Origin: Nitrospirota bacterium
GTDB taxonomy: Bacteria > Nitrospirota > Nitrospiria > Nitrospirales > Nitrospiraceae
Reading direction: 5' to 3'
Length of the DNA: 64,000 bases
NCBI GenBank assembly: GCA_963701855.1
Contig: CAVPBK010000006.1
Location: 288,001-352,000, forward strand
Positions 47,882 to 58,119 of the stretch are shown here, piece by piece. The translations under genes were made by a program, and so were the position numbers. The stretch's first letter is position 1. Each line of letters begins with the position of its first letter. The notes under the pieces are model-generated. The model was not told the DNA's origin, made no database searches, and saw only the letters and a list, made by a program, of their open reading frames with translations.

Positions 47882-48291
47882 GGATCGATCGGTTTCGTGG
47901 CTATCGCCAAATCTTCGACCGGAATCCGCTGGAGAATGTCCAGCACCGCCACAACATGTTTGTACTCCACGCCGGAATCGCCGCGGAGCACGAGCGGCAG
48001 CTTGCCGCCCTTGGCAGCTTTCAAATCACGGATCAGTTTTTCCAGCTCGTTGAGCTTCACCCGTTCCTCGTCCATGTAGATGTCGCCACCCTTTTTCACC
48101 GAGATGGTCGGCGTGTTGCTTTCCATGTCGGTTTCGTGCGGCGTGGACTCCGGCAACTTGAGTTCGATCCCCTGCACCATCGCCGTCGTCGTGATGATAA
48201 AAATCACCAGCAGCACCCAGGCCAGGTCCAGCAACGGCGTAATGTTGATGTCCGACACCGCGCCATAACTCTTTCTCGAAAATCGTCTCAT
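47878..48291 (-). CDS. exbD: Biopolymer transport protein ExbD
   Basis: INITPLLDLAWVLLVIFII, LRGD...YKHVVAVLD. Confidence 0.92.
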   Translation of the reverse strand: MRRFSRKSYGAVSDINITPLLDLAWVLLVIFIITTTAMVQGIELKLPESTPHETDMESNTPTISVKKGGDIYMDEERVKLNELEKLIRDLKAAKGGKLPLVLRGDSGVEYKHVVAVLDILQRIPVEDLAIATKPIDP

Positions 48292-48301
48292 CTTTTCACC
48301 T

Positions 48302-48380
48302 AGTCCTGAGTGCTGGGTGCTGAGTACCGAGTTGGAGAGATCTTGCCCTTCTCAGCACTCATCGCTCAGCACTCAGAACT
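48302..48380. repeat. 7-mer (TGAGTGC/GCACTCA) inverted tandem-repeat element
   Basis: AGTCCTG AGTGCTG GGTGCTG AGTACCG AGT ... CTCAGCA CTCATCG CTCAGCA CTCAGAA CT. Confidence 0.75.
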
Positions 48381-48390
48381 TCCCCATGTT

Positions 48391-49173
48391 CTAGTGTCCT
48401 GTTGCCGCGCCAGAGGGTTCCGACTCTTGGCGGTGTCCACCCGGGCGGTAGTCCTCGATATCTTCCTGCGCGGACGCCGCCTCGTTCTTCTCGCGGAGAT
48501 ACTCCGTCATAAACACGGTTTCGAGATGGGCCGCGAAATTATCGAGTTCCATCGTGAGTGTTTTAGTCTTGGTCACCAAAAAGTTGTAACAAAAGAGCGA
48601 GGGGATCGCGACCATGAGGCCTGCGACCGTGGCAATGAGCGCCGACGCGACGCCGGGCGCCATGGTCGTGAGCGTGGCCTGCTGGGCCCGACCGATGCCG
48701 GCGAAGGTATCCATGACCCCCCAGACCGTCCCGAGTAATCCAATAAAGGGCCCACCGCTGATCGCCGTCGCCAGCACGATCATCCCGGACTCCAGACCTA
48801 CCGCGGCTTCACCGAGAACCCGCTCCAGCGCGATCCGGATGGCGCTCATGCCGTGATTCGGGACCTTGTCGGTCCCGTATTTTTCCTGTTGTACTTTCAA
48901 TTCCTCGCACCCTCCATAATAAAGCTCATACATGGGGGAGCCTTGGAGCTGCTTGATCGGTCCCTTGCTGAAGATGATCAGCGGGCTTTTCGCCTTCGAA
49001 TAGAGCCCGAGAAACGTCGCGTTCCGCTTCTTGGCCTTCGCCAGTTGGCGGAACTTGTTGATGATGACCGTCCAGCTGACCAGCGAAAACACCAGCAACA
49101 CCGCGATCGTGATCTTGCCTTCCAGCGTGGCGTGGTTGAGCGCAAACGCCACTCCACCAGAACTCATATCCAT
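48391..49173 (-). CDS. exbB: MotA/TolQ/ExbB proton channel protein
   Basis: GPFIGLLGTVWGVM, APGVASALIATVAGLMVAIP. Confidence 0.92.
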   Translation of the reverse strand: MDMSSGGVAFALNHATLEGKITIAVLLVFSLVSWTVIINKFRQLAKAKKRNATFLGLYSKAKSPLIIFSKGPIKQLQGSPMYELYYGGCEELKVQQEKYGTDKVPNHGMSAIRIALERVLGEAAVGLESGMIVLATAISGGPFIGLLGTVWGVMDTFAGIGRAQQATLTTMAPGVASALIATVAGLMVAIPSLFCYNFLVTKTKTLTMELDNFAAHLETVFMTEYLREKNEAASAQEDIEDYRPGGHRQESEPSGAATGH

Positions 49174-49193
49174 TCGCGGGACTCCTTCCTTGA

Positions 49194-52100
49194 TTAACTG
49201 GCCGGCTTGACATCAACCTGAATGACGACCCCGCGCTTCACGCGGATTGATTTCGCCAGTTGGCTCTTGCCGTCTTTTTCATCATCATTCTTCGACGCCA
49301 CCTGTTTGGATTGCGCGTTCTGACTGGACACCTCGGCGGCGGTTTCCTGAACAGAATCAGAAGACTTAGCTGAGGTGCTGACCGCCGCCTGGGTGGAGGA
49401 GACCGAGGCGGTCGCCGAGCTTCCGGTCACCGGAGTGACCGGTGTCGCCACAGCCCCCGTTCCGGTTCCGGTAATGCTCAGGGGCGGACCGCTGACGCTT
49501 ACTGTGGCAGGAATGATGACGTTGCCGATGATTTGACCGCCTTGGTTGTCGACTTTCGGAGCAAATATTTGGACGGTTCGACCTTGGATGCCTGCGGAAG
49601 GGATGATGACGCTGCCCCGTTCAGCGACCAGATTCACATCACCCAATTTCAAGGAGTTGATGTACGGCTTGAGCACGGTCTCATTGAAGATCGGCTGACG
49701 CTGGGCCTGCAGTTTGTTCGCCTGCGCAAGAAGCGCCGCGGCCGTGGCTGTGCGGCCGAAAAATGTTTCTCTTGACGCCTCATTCTTCAAAGCCGTGATC
49801 TGCGGATCGTTGAACTGAATGAACTTGAGCGGCCTGGGATCGTCCGGATGGAAGGTCGAAATGCCGCTGCTCGGCGCGTTAACGTGAAGATCCGGAACCG
49901 TTTTTCCCGTGACTGGATCGTTAGGTTGCGCAATTGTGATATCGGTGGATTCATTTCTGGATCCACTGCCTGCGTTAATGTTGCCATTGGTTGAGGTGAG
50001 GTTGATATCGCCACCGTAAAAGGTTGAGATTCGCGACTTCTCAACGTTGATATCGCCGGTTGCAAGTACGTCGATATCGCCGCCGCCGAGCGTCGAAATC
50101 CCAAGCGGCGCTCCCCTAAGAGCAGGATTCGAGGAGACGTTGGTGCCGACGGTGACGATTCCCGGCAACGATTGCACCTTCGCCACTTGACTGGCCTGAG
50201 CCAACAACACGGTCCCATCTGGAGCCTATCAGCACGAACTTTCCATTGACCAGCACCGGATCGAATCCCGTCAGCGTTTTGCCTGCATCGAGCGGGACTT
50301 CCGCGCGAACAACTTGGTACGGCTGTCCATTTTTATCGAGGAGCAGCTTGCCCCCCTGCTCGGCGAAACTCAAATGAAGGGTGACGGGACTGACCGAGTC
50401 GGCGAGGGTTTGCGCTCCATCCAATATCACCGGATTGTTGTTGAATTGCAGGATCTGTCCGTTGACCGAGATCTCCGACTGACCATTCGCATCCTGTACC
50501 ACCGTGCCGGTCACCACCACCGGTTTGCCACTTGCACTGATCACGTTGCCGCTGCCGTCGAGAATGGGGGTGGAGCCGATGCCATGGATGGAGATCGGCG
50601 CACCGTTGTAGGTTGCGATCCGCGACGAATCCATCTTGATGGATCCCCCCACGGAAATATCGAGAAAGCCCCCTTGGTTCTTGGCCCCGTTCAGAACCGG
50701 CGAGGAGTGGAAGTTGATGCCTGTGCTCGTTGCGAGATCCATCAAATCCCCGACGGTCACCCTGCCGGTGCCGGTCCCGTTGAACGTCAGATCGCTCGCC
50801 GTAACTGAGTTCGTGCCTGTCGTCACACCCGCCGTTCTCATATTGAGATTATGGCCGGCAACCACTGTGGCCACGACCCCGGCCGGCACCCCGATTTTAG
50901 CAGTCGTGGCTACAATATCATTCGCGGCCTGGATGGTCACCTGCTTACTGAGCGGCACGCTCTCTAGATGAAACGTCAGGGTCTGAATGTTGCCGGACCG
51001 AGCCTCGATCAGGACGGGCGGGGGAACTGCGGGCTGAGAGATCACATTTGTGGTGCGCGCCGTCAAAAAAGACAACCTAAACTGCTTTGGAACGGGCATG
51101 TTATTGAACAGAGTCGGATCCTGCTCCAGCAATGTCACAGAGGGCACGGTCGTCGAAACCGTCTTCAAGGGAAGACCACTGTTGCCCGGGTTTACAATCC
51201 CGTTGACGCTCTGAAGCTTCGTCGTCCCGACAAACGGGGCCAAGGTTGGATCGGCAAGCGCGTCCGCAAGCTTCACCAGTTGCCAGTGGCCACCCGGCAC
51301 ATTCGGAAATCCGATAAAAATGTAACCATAGCTGGTGTCAATAATCTGGCTTGTTTGCTGGACGCCGATCAGATCCTTCCCGGCGGACAGCGTCAAGGCC
51401 CCGGTCGGTGAGGGCCATAGTTTGACATCGTGTTCGATGAAGATGCTGCCGGTTTTTGTCGTCGCGCTAAAGGACGCCGGATAGATCTGGGCGATATTGT
51501 TGGTAGCATTGCTGGTCTGATTGGTGATCGTCCGCGGATTGAGGAAAATGTCTCCTTGGGCATTGAGAACGGCGCTATTCGAAGGATCCACTGTCATTAT
51601 TAGATTAGAGCCGGGAGTCGCATCCACAACCCCCTTGTCAGCCAACCTGCCGAGGTATATGTTGCCGGTCTGCGCTGTGAGGTTGATCGTTCCCTTGCTG
51701 AACGTGATGTTGGCATATTCATCGGGGTCCGTGGGATTCACGCCCACGGTCGGACCACCGATGTTTCGTCCGGCTGTCACGTTCGCCGTCCCGTTCGTGA
51801 GAACAAATCCGGGTCCCGTCAACACACCACTCACGACGCCGCCCCTGACATCGTTGCCCGCAGTAATCGTGAGATCGCCGGGGCCATCTAAACGGATGCC
51901 CCCCAATACACCTGACCCAACGAGCCCCGTGGTGTCTGTCGCGCTCGGACTGACAACATCGAGTCCCGCCGTCAAGGTGATATCGCCGCCGGCTGCAGAC
52001 GTTCCTAAAACAGAGAGGTTGCCAAGACTATCGACCAGTTTGATATTTCCCTGCGGCGCCGTGAAAGTCAGGTTGCCGCCAAAGCCGGTTGTGACGAAGC

Positions 52101-53426
52101 GAGTTGTTGAAGAGCACGTCACCTGTCGTGGCCGTGCCGACATAGTCCCACCTGGTGTTCGAGTTGTTGTTGGTCAGCTGCGCATTGTTGAAGATCAAAT
52201 TGGCGCCGGCCAGGAAGGTCAGGGTGCCCGGCGTACCGGAGAGGGTCCATCCGGCGCCGAGATCATACTGCCCGGTCACAACGAGATCGCTTCCTGCCGG
52301 AGACTGAAAGGTGACGCTCGATGCGCCGCTGCCTTCGAAACTCGCGAAGTCGGCCGGCCCCACCGTTGAGACCGTCGGATCGATCAAGAAACGCCCGCCA
52401 TGGAAGCCGGCGAGCGTCCGGCCGAGGAATTGGCCGCCTAATCTTACTGCGGCGCCGCTCACTTCGGCAAATCCTCCGTTGCCTCCGTTCCTGCCTCCGG
52501 AGACGTCCACCACGGCGCCCTTCTGAAATGTGGCCGTGCCGTTCTTCAAGTCGGCGATGGCGCGGATCGTGCCTCCGTTCGAACTCCCTTCATCGTTTCC
52601 GCGCGCAAGCGTGCGGCTCCCGTCCTGCAGCGTGACGGCCTCGCTGGCGAGCAATTCGATTTTTCCATTTTGTTCGCGCACGCTGTCGGCCCGGATGAAG
52701 CCTGCTTGATTGACCACCCGGCCGGCCAAGGTGATATTGCCGCCGTCCGCAATTAAATCTTTGAGGTTCACGGCTTGTCCGAGGGGGTTGGAGAGTTCGG
52801 CCAGAAACCCTCGCCCGTCGGGCCGGTTCGACAGAAAGGCTGTCGCGCCGGCGGCCAAGACAATGTTTCCCCCTGGACTCGTAATCACCCCGCTGTTTTC
52901 GACGTTGGGCGCCAGCAAATACACGCCGTCGTGCGATCCTTGAATCGCGCCCATGTTCTTGACCGATTCCCTCGATGCCCGTTCCTTGGAACAGATAGTG
53001 GCCGGCGAGAAAATTGGCGCTCGACAGATTCAGCGACGACGCAATCAGCCCCCCGACGTTGACTTGCGCATTCGGACCGAACACGATCCCATTGCTGTTG
53101 AGGAGGATCACCGTTCCGTTGGCATGCAGCGACCCGAAAATCTGGCTGGGATTTTGATCGAAGATTCGATTGAGCGCAATCGCCTGGACATTCGGCTGAA
53201 TGAACTGCGTCACTTCGTTCGGCGCGATATTGAACTGCTGCCAGTTGATGATGGCCTGTTGAGAGGCCTGCGCGATCGTCACGTGCGAGGTGCCGAGGCC
53301 CGACACCGCCGCGTGGCCTCCCACCACGACTGGCCCGGTCGGATTGGCCAGGACGACTGGCACGACTACCAGTTGCGCGAGATATGCGAACAGAATCAGA
53401 CCGGCGGCAATCTGTTTGTGTCTCAT
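49194..53426 (-). pseudogene. Filamentous haemagglutinin-family TpsA (about 1400 aa), split by three single-base frameshifts (real or sequencing error)
   Basis: TPS domain IINWQQFNI..NPSQIFGSL.ANG.V.L.N.NGIVFG; beta-helix repeats; C-terminal GDINVEKSRISTFYGGDI..NGNINAG resembling DUF3739. Frames 52590-53426, 52028-52954, 50116-52143, 49194-50210; shifts near 52965, 52098, 50222. Confidence 0.85.
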
Positions 53427-53464
53427 GTTATTTTAATTCCATTCATTATTGCCATCCATCTTCG

Positions 53465-55304
53465 TTAAAACGCGAGACCGACGGAAAAATGCACGAACGT
53501 GTCGCCCCGCTTCGTGGTCGCGGTGTCTTGGAGCGCGAATCCTTGATCGATGATGAGCTGCCCCACATCCTTGGGAAACTTCACGCGAATCCCAGCCCCG
53601 ACCCCTTCGAGCCGGAATTGTGACGTCTGCCCAGGCTGCGCGTCCTGCACCCAGAGTTGGGCGGCATCGTAGAAGGTGGCGAACTTTACTTTGATCGTGT
53701 AATCGGCACTGCGTCGGCGCTGCCAGATTCGATCAATCGGGATGGAAATGAGTTCCGGAGTCGTCAGTTCCGCTCGACCGCGGACGGCATTGTCGCCGAT
53801 CGCTTGGTACTGAAGGTACCCTCGAACCGTATCAAATCCTCCGGCAAAATAATTTTCGGCGGGAATCAACGGCTGGCTTCCCCATTGGCCATCGGCATGA
53901 AGCGCCAGCGTAAAGTCTCCCGGCAAGGGCTGCGCACGATCGAGCCCGCCCTGCAGCACGGCAAATGTCCCCGTCGATCCTTGGCGGTTGCCCGGCTGGC
54001 TGGGATCGTTGGGATTTCCTGCGAAATCCTGCTCCGTTCCGCCAGGGATCGTGCCCGCAATATAGCCCTTGGCCGACAACGACAGTTTCGTCAGACCCAA
54101 TCGATCCGGATAGAAGCCGGTATAGGCCACTGACGCCGGAGTGTACTGAACCGGACTCTTCACCACTGCCGTCCCACCGCCAGGAAATGTCGCGTTCGAG
54201 GGCTCCAGTCGTTTGTAGTCAACCCCGACTGACAGTTGATGCGTGTTCGATCCTCCGGAAAAAATCGGGAATATATAGCGAAATCCCGCGACGGTTGCAT
54301 TGCCGGCGATCGCGACATCGCCTCCACCTCCGAGTGAAATGCCCGACCCTGCCAAGACCGAGTTACTTTTCGAATGGGAACCGTAGACGGCCAGCAGATG
54401 ATCGGGCCATCTTACCGGGTAGACGAAACTCGCTCCGTAGTTCTGGACTGCGCCCCAATCCGTCGGCGTCTGGACCGTATTGACCGTGAAAATTTCGTCC
54501 CCACCGAAAAGATTGGTATGTTGAACTTCTGCGAGTAAACGATTTTGGGGGGTCGTGATCGGTCCCCTGTTATCGGCTTCCAGCTTCCCGTGAACCGGCA
54601 GACGATCTTTTACTTTGAGTTCGAGATCCACCGTTCCCGGCTCCGTGCCGGGCTTCAGCACCGGCGCCACTTGGAGATCCGGGTTTGCATTGATCGCCGA
54701 GAGTTCTTTCACGAACTTAGGCTCATAGAGCACTGTTCCGATCTGGATGGACGGCAGTTTTTCGAGAATACGGTATCGGTTGTAGTACTGCTGCCCCGTC
54801 ACCTTCACTTCGACGAGAGGGGCTTCAATCACTTGGAGTGTGACGCTACCCTGCTCGATGGTCTGCTCCGGAAGGTTCACCAGGACGGTGGGATACCCCG
54901 CCGCGTGATAGGCCTTCTCCAGCTCGGCACGCGCCTGGTCGACTTCCTTGAATTGAAAGGGGGCGCCTTTGTATTTGTCGAGAATCTCGTCGATCTTCTG
55001 TTGGATCAAGATCGTGTTGCCTTCGACGTTGAATTTCGACACAGTCATGGCGCCCGGCCTTACCTGCTCCGGCCGGCCGTCTTGATTCGGGACGGGACCG
55101 TTCGTGCCCGGTTCTCCCCGCATCGCTCGTGCGCCGCTCTTGGTCATCTGCACGCGTGGCAGACAACCCTGATAGTCTGCGTGGTGGAGAGACGATCCCT
55201 GGATCCTGATGGTTCATCGCGCCCCCCATTGCTTCCGATGTCACCCCAAGCCACACGAAGCACAGGACTATCCCAGCTAATACCTTCCCCGACTGATACT
55301 TCAT
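53465..55304 (-). CDS. ShlB/FhaC/HecB-family TpsB transporter; the signal-peptide segment is out of frame (shift at about 55155-55213)
   Basis: POTRA FNVEGNT..YHAAGYPT..LPEQ; DNRG; GGFDTVRGY; C-terminal F. Signal peptide MKYQSGKVLAGIVLCFVWLG lies in a different frame. Confidence 0.88.
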
Positions 55305-55455
55305 GCTCCATTGCTTTCCCCGGAACAAAGAGAGTTTTGTACTCTGCTCAGGGAGGTTTTCTAGACTCCGGGCAAGGACGAAGTCTTCTGCGTAGTTCTG
55401 CTGTCCGACAAATTATCGGCTCGCGTCCAAGAGGTTCAATAGTGAATATAGTGGA

Positions 55456-55509
55456 GAGATACTGGTACAGCGTTACGGAATTGTTATCGAGGCATTTGGC
55501 AGCTGTTAA
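55456..55509 (-). promoter_or_regulatory. 11-bp-periodic box upstream of the tpsB-tpsA-exbBD-tonB operon
   Basis: Minus strand TTAACA, CAAATG, ATAACA, GTAACG; TATCTC 15 bp after the last unit. Confidence 0.55.
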
Positions 55510-55550
55510 TTATCGTAATCGCCTGTAATTAAGACGTTTTTCCCCTTGCC

Positions 55551-56552
55551 ATGGAACCCGGCTTGTTGTTAGGAAGAGCCATGCGAGTAACTTTGCCGAT
55601 TCCAAGCACGCGGAAGCTGATGATCTGTCTGTATCTGGGTCTGTTGACTCTCATTGCCGCTCACATCGTGAACGCCTTTGTCGCCCACGAGCTGCTCGTA
55701 CCGGACATGCTTCCTCCTCCGTTGCCCTCGCAGGACGGTGCCCATCAGGATTCTGTGTCTCCTCAGCAGCTAGCACAGGACATGATGACTCGCGGTCTAT
55801 TCGTACTGCCCGCGGAATCATCGCAGGGCGCAGGATCTTCGACAAGCACTGGACTGGGACCTCCCCTCGAAGCGGCCAAGAAGCTATTGCTGCATGGCAC
55901 GGCACTCGGGGTCGACGATAGACCGATGGCGATCGTTCAGGATCGATCAACTCAGCAACAGAAATTGCTGCATCTCCACGACCATATTCCTAACGTGGGC
56001 GAACTTGTTTCCATTGAAAAAACTCGTGTGTTATTCCAAGACAGGGGGCAAGAGGAATGGCTTGAACTGGGGATACTCGCCGACTTGGAACAATCGCGGC
56101 GCATGCCGCCTCTCCCGGAATCCTCACAAGGACGGCCTCTTGCCATCTCTCAGCCTCCCCGTTCCACCAGCAATGCCGGCCTCACGCGGATGGCGTCACT
56201 GAATTCCACCTTGTCCTCCGCAGTCAGCAGTAAGCCGATTCAGATCCTCGATCGTCTTGAATTGACCAAGGCTCTCTCGGACATCCCTCTCTTACTATTG
56301 CAGGCCCAACCGGTCGTCTCAATAATCGACGGGCGGTTCAATGGCATCCTCCTTGAGGCTGTGCGCTTCGGCGGATTATACCAGACGATAGGTTTGCAGT
56401 CAGACGACGTGCTAAAACGCATCAATGGAATGGAACTCCGCGACCCGAACATGGTCATTGCCGCCCTTGCGCAGATGAAGAACGAACACCGGGTGAAACT
56501 GGATCTTGTTCGTAATGGTACGCCTCGCACTTTTACTTACGAAATCCGCTGA
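55551..56552 (+). CDS. gspC: Type II secretion system protein C with PDZ domain
   Basis: N-terminal TM; HR domain LLLHGT..MAIV; PDZ GLQSDDVLKRING..LVRNG..FTYEIR. Confidence 0.85.
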   Translation: MEPGLLLGRAMRVTLPIPSTRKLMICLYLGLLTLIAAHIVNAFVAHELLVPDMLPPPLPSQDGAHQDSVSPQQLAQDMMTRGLFVLPAESSQGAGSSTSTGLGPPLEAAKKLLLHGTALGVDDRPMAIVQDRSTQQQKLLHLHDHIPNVGELVSIEKTRVLFQDRGQEEWLELGILADLEQSRRMPPLPESSQGRPLAISQPPRSTSNAGLTRMASLNSTLSSAVSSKPIQILDRLELTKALSDIPLLLLQAQPVVSIIDGRFNGILLEAVRFGGLYQTIGLQSDDVLKRINGMELRDPNMVIAALAQMKNEHRVKLDLVRNGTPRTFTYEIR

Positions 56553-56641
56553 TCAATCTCACACTCTCGATCGTCCCCCTACGCACATCCTCATGTGGGG
56601 TTTCTCACCTCTACGTTTTTGACCAACTGATCATCGCCGAA

Positions 56642-56696
56642 TTAACCGAACGTTAATCTTGGCGTAATGGGTACGTCATTGGGGATGGAATAAGGT
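56642..56696 (+). promoter_or_regulatory. 11-bp-periodic box upstream of the OMP gene
   Basis: TTAACC(56642), TTAATC(56653), GTAATG(56664), GTCATT(56675); TAAGGT at 56691. Confidence 0.6.
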
Positions 56697-56772
56697 GGCT
56701 CGGACTTTTGTCGACTGATTTTGCACACCTTTGCGTGCAGAGTCTACCCATCGGGACTTAGGAGGCGTGGAA

Positions 56773-57570
56773 TTGAATCGGCTCGTAACAATTGGTGTCT
56801 TGGTTCTGGTGTTCCTCCTTCAGGTGGAGCCGGCTCGAAGTGAATGGTACTTGGGCGGCTACGGAGGCTATAGTGCGGCCCAACCGCTTAAGGATGTCAC
56901 CATGAATAATTATGGGTATAACTTGGCGGTGAACCGGTACGGGTATGGCCCTAGTAACGCAGAGTTTGGAGACAGCTTAACCCAAAACTTCCAGACCTCT
57001 GACCTGTCTCTTAAGCAGTCTGCTCTCTTTGGCGGGAAGGGTGGATATTTCTTCAACGACGAGGGCTTCTCGTGGCTGGGCGTGGAGTTGGAAGCGTTTA
57101 CGACGACTCCAACGATCAAAACGCAGACTGTAACAACGAACCAGGATATCACATTTCTCCTTGGTCCAGATCACGCTCCCGGAGCTTGCCCTTTGCCACC
57201 ACCAAATACCCAGTGCTCAGTCCAGGAAAATTTGAAATCGACGTTGCCCCTGACCCAAAGCACGCTCCGCTTGGTCACCGTCATCTTCAATGTGGTGGCT
57301 CGTTATCCAGGAACAACCTTCCAACCCTATATCGGTGTCGGAGGCGGCGCCTTCTACTTCAATAGCTCAGGCCAGATTGATGGCCGTCAAGTAGTGCCGG
57401 GGTTCAACGCACAGGCAGGATTGAAAGTGCTGGCGACTGAGGAGTGGGGGCTCTTTGTGGAAGGGAAGTACAACTACGCTACGATCACAAACCTCGATCC
57501 CTCCGGCTATGGACTCAGCGGCACATACAGCGCCTTCAACATTCTTGGCGGCGTTGCGTACCACTTTTAG
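56773..57570 (+). CDS. Outer-membrane beta-barrel protein (OmpA/OmpW-like 8-stranded type)
   Basis: TTG start after GGAGG; signal peptide; EWYLGGYGG, FQPYIGVGGG, GLFVEGKYN; terminal YHF. Confidence 0.85.
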   Translation: MNRLVTIGVLVLVFLLQVEPARSEWYLGGYGGYSAAQPLKDVTMNNYGYNLAVNRYGYGPSNAEFGDSLTQNFQTSDLSLKQSALFGGKGGYFFNDEGFSWLGVELEAFTTTPTIKTQTVTTNQDITFLLGPDHAPGACPLPPPNTQCSVQENLKSTLPLTQSTLRLVTVIFNVVARYPGTTFQPYIGVGGGAFYFNSSGQIDGRQVVPGFNAQAGLKVLATEEWGLFVEGKYNYATITNLDPSGYGLSGTYSAFNILGGVAYHF

Positions 57571-57584
57571 CAGAGTCAATATCG

Positions 57585-57672
57585 TTGTTTGGCTTTTTTG
57601 GTTTGTCTTGTTTATTTGGTTGAACCGGACGAACCAGATAAACGAAATCAACCAGATAAGCAAAACAAACCA
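57585..57672. repeat. 9-mer inverted tandem-repeat element
   Basis: TTTGGCTTT TTTGGTTTG TCTTGTTTA TTTGGTT / GAACCGGAC GAACCAGAT AAACGAAAT CAACCAGAT. Confidence 0.8.
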
Positions 57673-57781
57673 GCGTGGGATTGCTTCACGCCCCGGCTTG
57701 GCGTTTCTCCGAGCACTCGCTCATACGAGAGGGACCCTTGTGATTGAAACAGATGCAGTCTCGTCTCGCTCCGTCTCGCCG

Positions 57782-57831
57782 TTAACAGTTTATTAACTTA
57801 TTCGTAACTGTAATTACTGTAGGTAATTACA
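57782..57831 (+). promoter_or_regulatory. 11-bp-periodic box upstream of the Fn3-like repeat gene
   Basis: TTAACA(57782), TTAACT(57793), GTAACT(57804). Confidence 0.55.
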
Positions 57832-58119
57832 GTCAGTTTATCTTCTTAAAAATATGACGTTTGAATCAGTAATCTGCCCAATCCCTACAGTGTTTCTGCA
57901 TCTTCCTCTCTCCACAGCTCATTCAGGGTTTTTTTGCCCTGACCCTTCTTATCCTGAGAAGGCACACACATTGCTTAGCCGCAACACTCTCAATGTGAAC
58001 GGTTTCATTCTCCCAAGCTCTTCTCGGATCATCTGTCAGTCGACAACTCGATCTTTTGCCTGTGAGAAATAGCTTCTGCGGAACAGGATTGCCCAGGAAA
58101 AATCTAAAAGAGTAGCTGT

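Noticed and set aside
49194..53426. Contact-dependent inhibition (CdiA) toxin
   Set aside because: No VENN/pre-toxin motif, toxin domain or immunity gene is visible; the gene is followed directly by exbB.
1093..57672. CRISPR array interpretation of the short repeats
   Set aside because: Units are 7-9 bp, contiguous, degenerate and inverted. There are no 23-47 bp repeats with unique spacers and no cas genes.
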